A DNA stretch of 11,657 bases. Origin: Fonticula alba ATCC 38817. Lineage: Eukaryota > Protista > Nucleariida. The notes below the pieces were generated by a model. The model was not told the DNA's origin and did not search any database. It worked only from the letters and a program-made list of their open reading frames with translations. The translations under genes and the position numbers were made by a program. Shown here piece after piece: positions 7,410 to 11,657 of this stretch. The DNA is taken from assembly GCA_000388065.2 (NCBI GenBank), contig KB932206.1, one strand, 5' to 3'. Within the stretch, counting starts at the first letter, position 1; each line of letters begins with the position of its first letter.

Positions 7410-10400
7410 TCACAGGCTGGCGATGGCCTCCTCGGAGGTGATGAACTTCGGCGCGCGGGTGGAGATGGTGTGCGCCACCACGCGATCCCCGGGCTGCAGC
7501 TCGAACTCCGTGTCCTGGCGCAGGGTCAGGCCGAACTCCTGGCCATTGGCCACGGTCTTCACGTCGTCCTTCAGGTGCCGCAGCGACAGGATGCCGCCCT
7601 CGTGGATGAGCTCCTTGCCGCGGTACACCCGGACGCGCGAGTCGCGCGTCATGCGGCCGGTGGCCAGCTTACAGCCGATGACCGTGACCGGGCGCTTGCC
7701 GAGGTGCGTGACGAACAGCTGCTGCACCATGGCCTCGCCCTGCTCCTCCTCATACTCCTCGGGCTCCAGGGAATGGCTCATGGTCTCGCGCAGCTCCTCC
7801 AGCAGGTGGTACACCACCCGCGAGTCGAAGATCCGGACGCCGGCCAGCTTGGCCTCCTGCTGGGCGGTCTTGGAGACGGGGATGTTGAAGGCCACGATGT
7901 GGGCTGTGTGTGTGCGCGCGCGCGAGTCGATCGGGGCGTGGGTCAGTCACGATGGCGGCATGCACAAGATGGGCTTGTGTGTGTGTGTGCGCGCGCGCGC
8001 GCGCGAATGCACGGGCGCGCAGGCATGCGCAGGGAGGGGGGAGATGGCGCGCTGCTGCCCGCCGGGGGACACGTACACTTGGTCGTGGCGGCCTGGTAGA
8101 TGTCCGACGAGCGGATCTCGCCGACCGTCTGATCCAGCACCTTCAAGTGCAGCTGGTCGTTCTTCAGCACCGGCAGCAGCTCGGCCAGGGCCTCGACAGT
8201 GCCCTGGACATCGCCGCGGATGATCACATTGAAGTGCCGCGGGCCAGCTTCCTCCGGGCCCTGCTCCATCATGTTGGTACTGCGCGAGCGGGCGGGCGGG
8301 CGGGCGGGCGGGCGGGCGGGCGGGCGGGCGGGCGGGCGGGAGCGGGGAGGAGGTCAGCTCGTTGGTGCGACTGCATGCGTGCACGGGTCATCCAGCGGCC
8401 GGAGGCATGGAGACACCGCACGAGGGGAGGGAAGCGGGCAAAAAAGAAGAAAGAAAGAGGCCACATGCGCGCATGGCACCCCCCCCCCCCCCCCACCCCC
8501 GGGCGCAAAAAGCACGCACATGTCGTCGAGCTTGTCCCGGACTGCAGCGCGGTGGCGGTTGCGCCGGCGCTTCTCGCGGTCGTGCTCCTCCTTCTCGCGG
8601 GCCAGGGCGGCGGCGGTCTCGGCGGCCAGGGCCGCCTCGCGCGTCATCTCCGTCATGCCAGACTCGTAGCCCGTGCGGTTGAGGGCTTCATGAATGGCCC
8701 GGGCAGCCTGCTCCGAGGGGGCCTCATTGACGATGTCACCGGCGTGCGGGAGCTCCCGCCAGCCGGACACCTCGACCGGCATGCCGGGCGGGATGAAGGT
8801 GAAGTTCGGGTCATTGGACAGGACGACGCCATGCTCGTTGGAGAGCTCGCGCACTCGGCCCCAGCCGGCTCCGGCCACCAGGCAGGACCCGATGCGCAGG
8901 AGCCCGGACTTCACCAGCACCGTGGCCACCAGGCCGCGGCCGCGGTCATACCGGCTTTCCAGGACGATGCCCTCCACCGGGCCGTCCTGCTCCGCGCGCA
9001 GGTCCATCATCATGGCCTGGGTGTTGATGGCGTCCAGCAGCCGGTCCAGCCCCTCCCGGCGCAGGGCCGACACCTCGCAGCTTTGGATGTCGCCGCCATA
9101 CTCCTCGGTCTGGATGCCATGCGACAGGAGCTGCTGGCGGATCTGGTCCGGATTGGCGTCCGGCCGGTCGCACTTGTTGATGGCCACGATGATGGGGACT
9201 GGTGGTGGTGGTGGTGGTGGCGGTGGTGGTGGCGGTGGTGGTGGCGGTGGTGGTGGCGGTGGCGCAGCATGGCAAGGGTTAGACTTGGGGAGCGGGGACA
9301 AGGGAGGAGGGGCGGCGGCGGGGGGAGAGCACGGGTCGACACGCACCGCGGGCATTCTGCGCGTGGTTGATGGCCTCGACCGTTTGCCGGAGGACACCGT
9401 CATCGGCGGCCACCACCAGCACCACAATGTCGGTAACCGAGGCACCGCGCGAGCGCATGTTCGAGAAGGCCGCGTGACCGGGCGTGTCGATGAAGGTGAC
9501 CCTCTCGCCAGTGGGCAGGGGAACTGCATGCGCGTGTTGGCGCGTGTGGGGGATGATGGAGAGCACGCGGCGGAGGGCCGACCACGGGGAGCGAAGAGAG
9601 AGCGGCAGGGTCAGCACGCGGCCGGAGAGCAAGGCAGAAGGCCACCACCGGGGGAGGGGGAGGGGGGGGGGGGGGGGAGAGGAAGAGCATCACACGCACC
9701 GGAGAAGGCGCCGATATGCTGGGTGATGCCGCCAGCTTCGCCGGCGGCCACGGACCCGGAGCGCAGCGAGTCCAGCAGGGTGGTCTTGCCATGGTCCACA
9801 TGCCCCATGATGGTGACCACCGCCGGCCGCGGCAGGTACGTGGGCGAGTGGATGTCCAGCTCCTTGGGCTTGAGCAGGGCATACTCCTCCCCGTCGGAGT
9901 CCTCGACGTAGGGCATGACATACTTGATGTAGTAGTGGTCCAGCATGGAGGTGAAGGTGTCCAGGCAGAGGCCTGTCGGAGGGGAGGGAGGGAGGGAAGG
10001 GGGGGGGGGAGAATTGCGAGAGGGAGGGAGTGCGAGGGGTGTCAGTCCACGCCCGGGCAGCGGGCGAGGCAGCGAGCGGCGGCCGGGCTTCACCACGCAC
10101 CCTGATCATTGAGCAGCTTATACCCATGGAAGGAGGCCAGGCGGACGAGGACCGCTATGTCGGGGGGAGGGGGAGGGGACAGACAGGGAAAAGTTAGCCC
10201 GGGGGAAGAGGGCGCCGCGCCAATCGCAAAGGCCAGGCATCCGCCACATACCGGGCGGGTACTTGGTGATCAGGAGGTTGTTCTCCTTGAAGGTGGTGGC
10301 AATGATCCACGGCCGGTCGCTGGGCACATCCAGCATGGCATCCTCGAAGAGCTCGCGCATGTGCTTGACATTGGCGATCATCTGGAGAACTCGCTTGCCG

Positions 10401-10713
10401 GCCGGGGTCTTGGCCTCACTGTCATCGGGGTGCGGCTCCTCCGTGAAGTAGGGATGCTCCACCAGCAGGCTGACGATGTACCGCTCGATGTCCTCGAAGA
10501 TGTAGTGTGAGAAGTTGGGATTGACCTGGGCCGAGCAGAATTCCACTGCTCGGGCGGAGGGGGAATCGAGAAAGGCGGCGAGAGAGCAACCGGTCAGCTG
10601 GGCTACCAAGGGAGGAGCAGGACAGGGAGAGAGAGGGGGAGAGAGGGGGAGAGAGGGGGAGGGAGAGAAAGAGAAAAAGGGAGAGAAAGGGACAAAAAGA
10701 GAAAGGGACAAAA

Positions 10714-10754
<41 letters not shown>

Positions 10755-11657
10755 CAGGACGTGTCTCCCGCCGAGGCCCACGCACTGATGCTGTTGATGT
10801 ACTGGGTCTTCTGGGCGGTGGTGGTCTGGGCACTGGAGCCGGCGGCCGTGGTGAAGAGCACACGCAGGGCGTCCGGCCGCTCCAGCGAGCTCGACGACAC
10901 GCGATACCGGCTGAAGGGGTTCTGCGTGCGGCCCTTTTCCACATACCGCGACCGGGTGACGTCCAGGGTCCGGCCCTTTTGCAGGGAGAAGGGCGCATAC
11001 CGGAACAGGTGGAAGGTGGCCGGGTTGATGGGGACACCGGCGCCGCCATCGCCGATGGTCAAGTCGTCGTCGGACTCGTCGCCGGGCGAAGACCGGTTCA
11101 GGCGGTCGGAGCCGGGGGCGTCCGCCGAGTCGTCGCCCGAGCCGGTCCCAAAGAGCCCGGAGAAGGAGCCCACCTTGCGAGTGGAGCCCACGACGAAGGA
11201 GGTCAAGCGGCTGCTGTTGACCAGCGCGGCCTCGACGGTGGCGGGGGAGGCCGTGGCCGGGGGCTCGGCCCCGGAGCGAGCGCTCCCGCGCTGGGGGACC
11301 GCCGGCAGGCCATCCTGCCGGGGGGGCTGACTGGTGCGCGGGCGTCCCCCGGCGGTGGGCGGGGTGAAAAGGCCGGTCGGCGCGCGGGGGCCACTGCTTC
11401 GCGGGGCCGGCGCCGTCGAGGTCGGCTTGCCGTCCCAGTTGAAGTGGGGGTTCTGCATGTTGGGATCCCGGCGGCGAGGGGGCCGGCGGTATGGCCGGTC
11501 GCCCTCCTCGTCGCCATCGCCATCACCATCGTCGAAGCCGCCCTCGAAGAAGTCGTCAAAGTCGCCTTCATCATCGTCTCGGGAGTTGAAGCTGCCCGCG
11601 GCGCGGAAGCCGCCGCGGTAGCTGTGTCGCGGGAGGGTCAGCTGCCGATCCGGGGTG
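7410..11657 (-). CDS. MTIF2: Bacterial-type (organellar, probably mitochondrial) translation initiation factor IF-2, 5'-partial; complement(join(7410..7903,8077..8279,8520..9198,9347..9523,9700..9972,10101..10154,10252..10545,10786..>11657)), 1014 aa visible
   Basis: G-domain motifs: [20 protein letters not shown] (G1 at 9782-9805), [48 protein letters not shown] and IVAINKCD. Domain II: [26 protein letters not shown]. Domain III: [13 protein letters not shown]...IVAFN. C2 domain: [15 protein letters not shown]. All 7 introns are GT-AG with CTRAC branch points, and splicing gives one open frame (3045 nt from 11656 to TGA 7410-7412). The frame is open to the window edge. GHVDHGK marks the bacterial type rather than eIF5B (GHVDTGK). 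The compartment is inferred. Confidence 0.93.
7904..8076 (-). other. IF2 intron 7 (173 nt, phase 1)
   Basis: GTACGT donor; ACTGAC branch (A at 7943); CAG acceptor. The junction gives ATTKSHIVAFN. Confidence 0.9.
8280..8519 (-). other. IF2 intron 6 (240 nt, phase 2)
   Basis: GTGCGT donor; GCTGAC branch (A at 8354); (CCCG)13 repeat 8288-8340 before the CAG. Confidence 0.85.
8288..8340 (+). repeat. (GGGC)13 tetranucleotide repeat, potential G-quadruplex
   Basis: Perfect repeat seen directly; G3 tracts with 1-nt loops. Confidence 0.92.
9199..9346 (-). other. IF2 intron 5 (148 nt, phase 1)
   Basis: GTGCGT donor; TCTAAC branch (A at 9279); (CCA/CCG)n repeat 9200-9263 runs up to the CAG. The junction restores [12 protein letters not shown]. 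Confidence 0.92.
9200..9263 (+). repeat. (GGT/GGC)n trinucleotide repeat in IF2 intron 5
   Basis: Seen directly. Confidence 0.9.
9524..9699 (-). other. IF2 intron 4 (176 nt, phase 1)
   Basis: GTGCGT donor; GCTGAC branch (A at 9611); CAG acceptor. The junction restores the conserved [20 protein letters not shown]. Confidence 0.92.
9973..10100 (-). other. IF2 intron 3 (128 nt, phase 1)
   Basis: GTGCGT donor; ACTGAC branch (A at 10042); CAG acceptor. Confidence 0.8.
10155..10251 (-). other. IF2 intron 2 (97 nt, phase 1)
   Basis: GTATGT donor; GCTAAC branch (A at 10194); TAG acceptor. Confidence 0.8.
10546..10785 (-). other. IF2 intron 1 (240 nt, phase 1)
   Basis: GTGCGT donor; GCTGAC branch (A at 10594); GAGCAG acceptor; long CT-rich tract (GA-rich on + at ~10625-10754). 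Confidence 0.75.
10625..10754 (+). repeat. Polypurine (GA-rich) tract in IF2 intron 1
   Basis: About 130 nt of almost only G/A, ending in a perfect (GA)n run. Confidence 0.9.

Noticed and set aside
6005-8099. Long ORFs of 390-626 aa across the intergenic region and IF2 3' end
   Set aside because: Low-complexity RARA/GP translations of CG repeats plus antisense shadow of IF2 exon 8; no domain or splice support.
7410-9972. Cytosolic eIF5B or an elongation-factor GTPase
   Set aside because: [20 protein letters not shown] and the C2-domain motifs are diagnostic of bacterial-type IF2.
10118-11458. 446-aa ORF as a separate gene
   Set aside because: It is IF2 exon 1 + intron 1 + exon 2 read through; the frame is open upstream of its ATG and it splices in frame to exon 3.
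1-11657. tRNA, rRNA, CRISPR array or transposon
   Set aside because: No cloverleaf, rRNA-like sequence, repeat-spacer array, terminal repeats or transposase/RT motifs were seen.

Overview
Very GC-rich eukaryotic nuclear DNA with spliceosomal introns, C-rich third codon positions and dense microsatellites. The style suggests a unicellular eukaryote, and Fonticula-like is only a memory-based guess. Three protein-coding genes can be built. (1) An intronless SLC35F6-family membrane transporter on + (940-3454), interrupted by a 10-N gap flanked by a 480-bp direct duplication that is most likely an assembly overlap; merged product 674 aa. (2) A two-exon orphan gene on - (5024-5879, 189 aa) with signal peptide, RKRR processing site, 8-Cys domain and GPI signal, preceded by a TATA-like box and an 11-bp tandem repeat. 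(3) An 8-exon bacterial-type, probably mitochondrial, translation initiation factor IF2 on - (7410 to beyond 11657; 1014 aa visible) with a very long N-terminal extension and a ~38-aa basic insertion where mammalian mtIF2 carries its IF1-mimicking insert. I found no RNA genes, mobile elements or CRISPR arrays. The other long ORFs in the track are antisense or low-complexity shadows.
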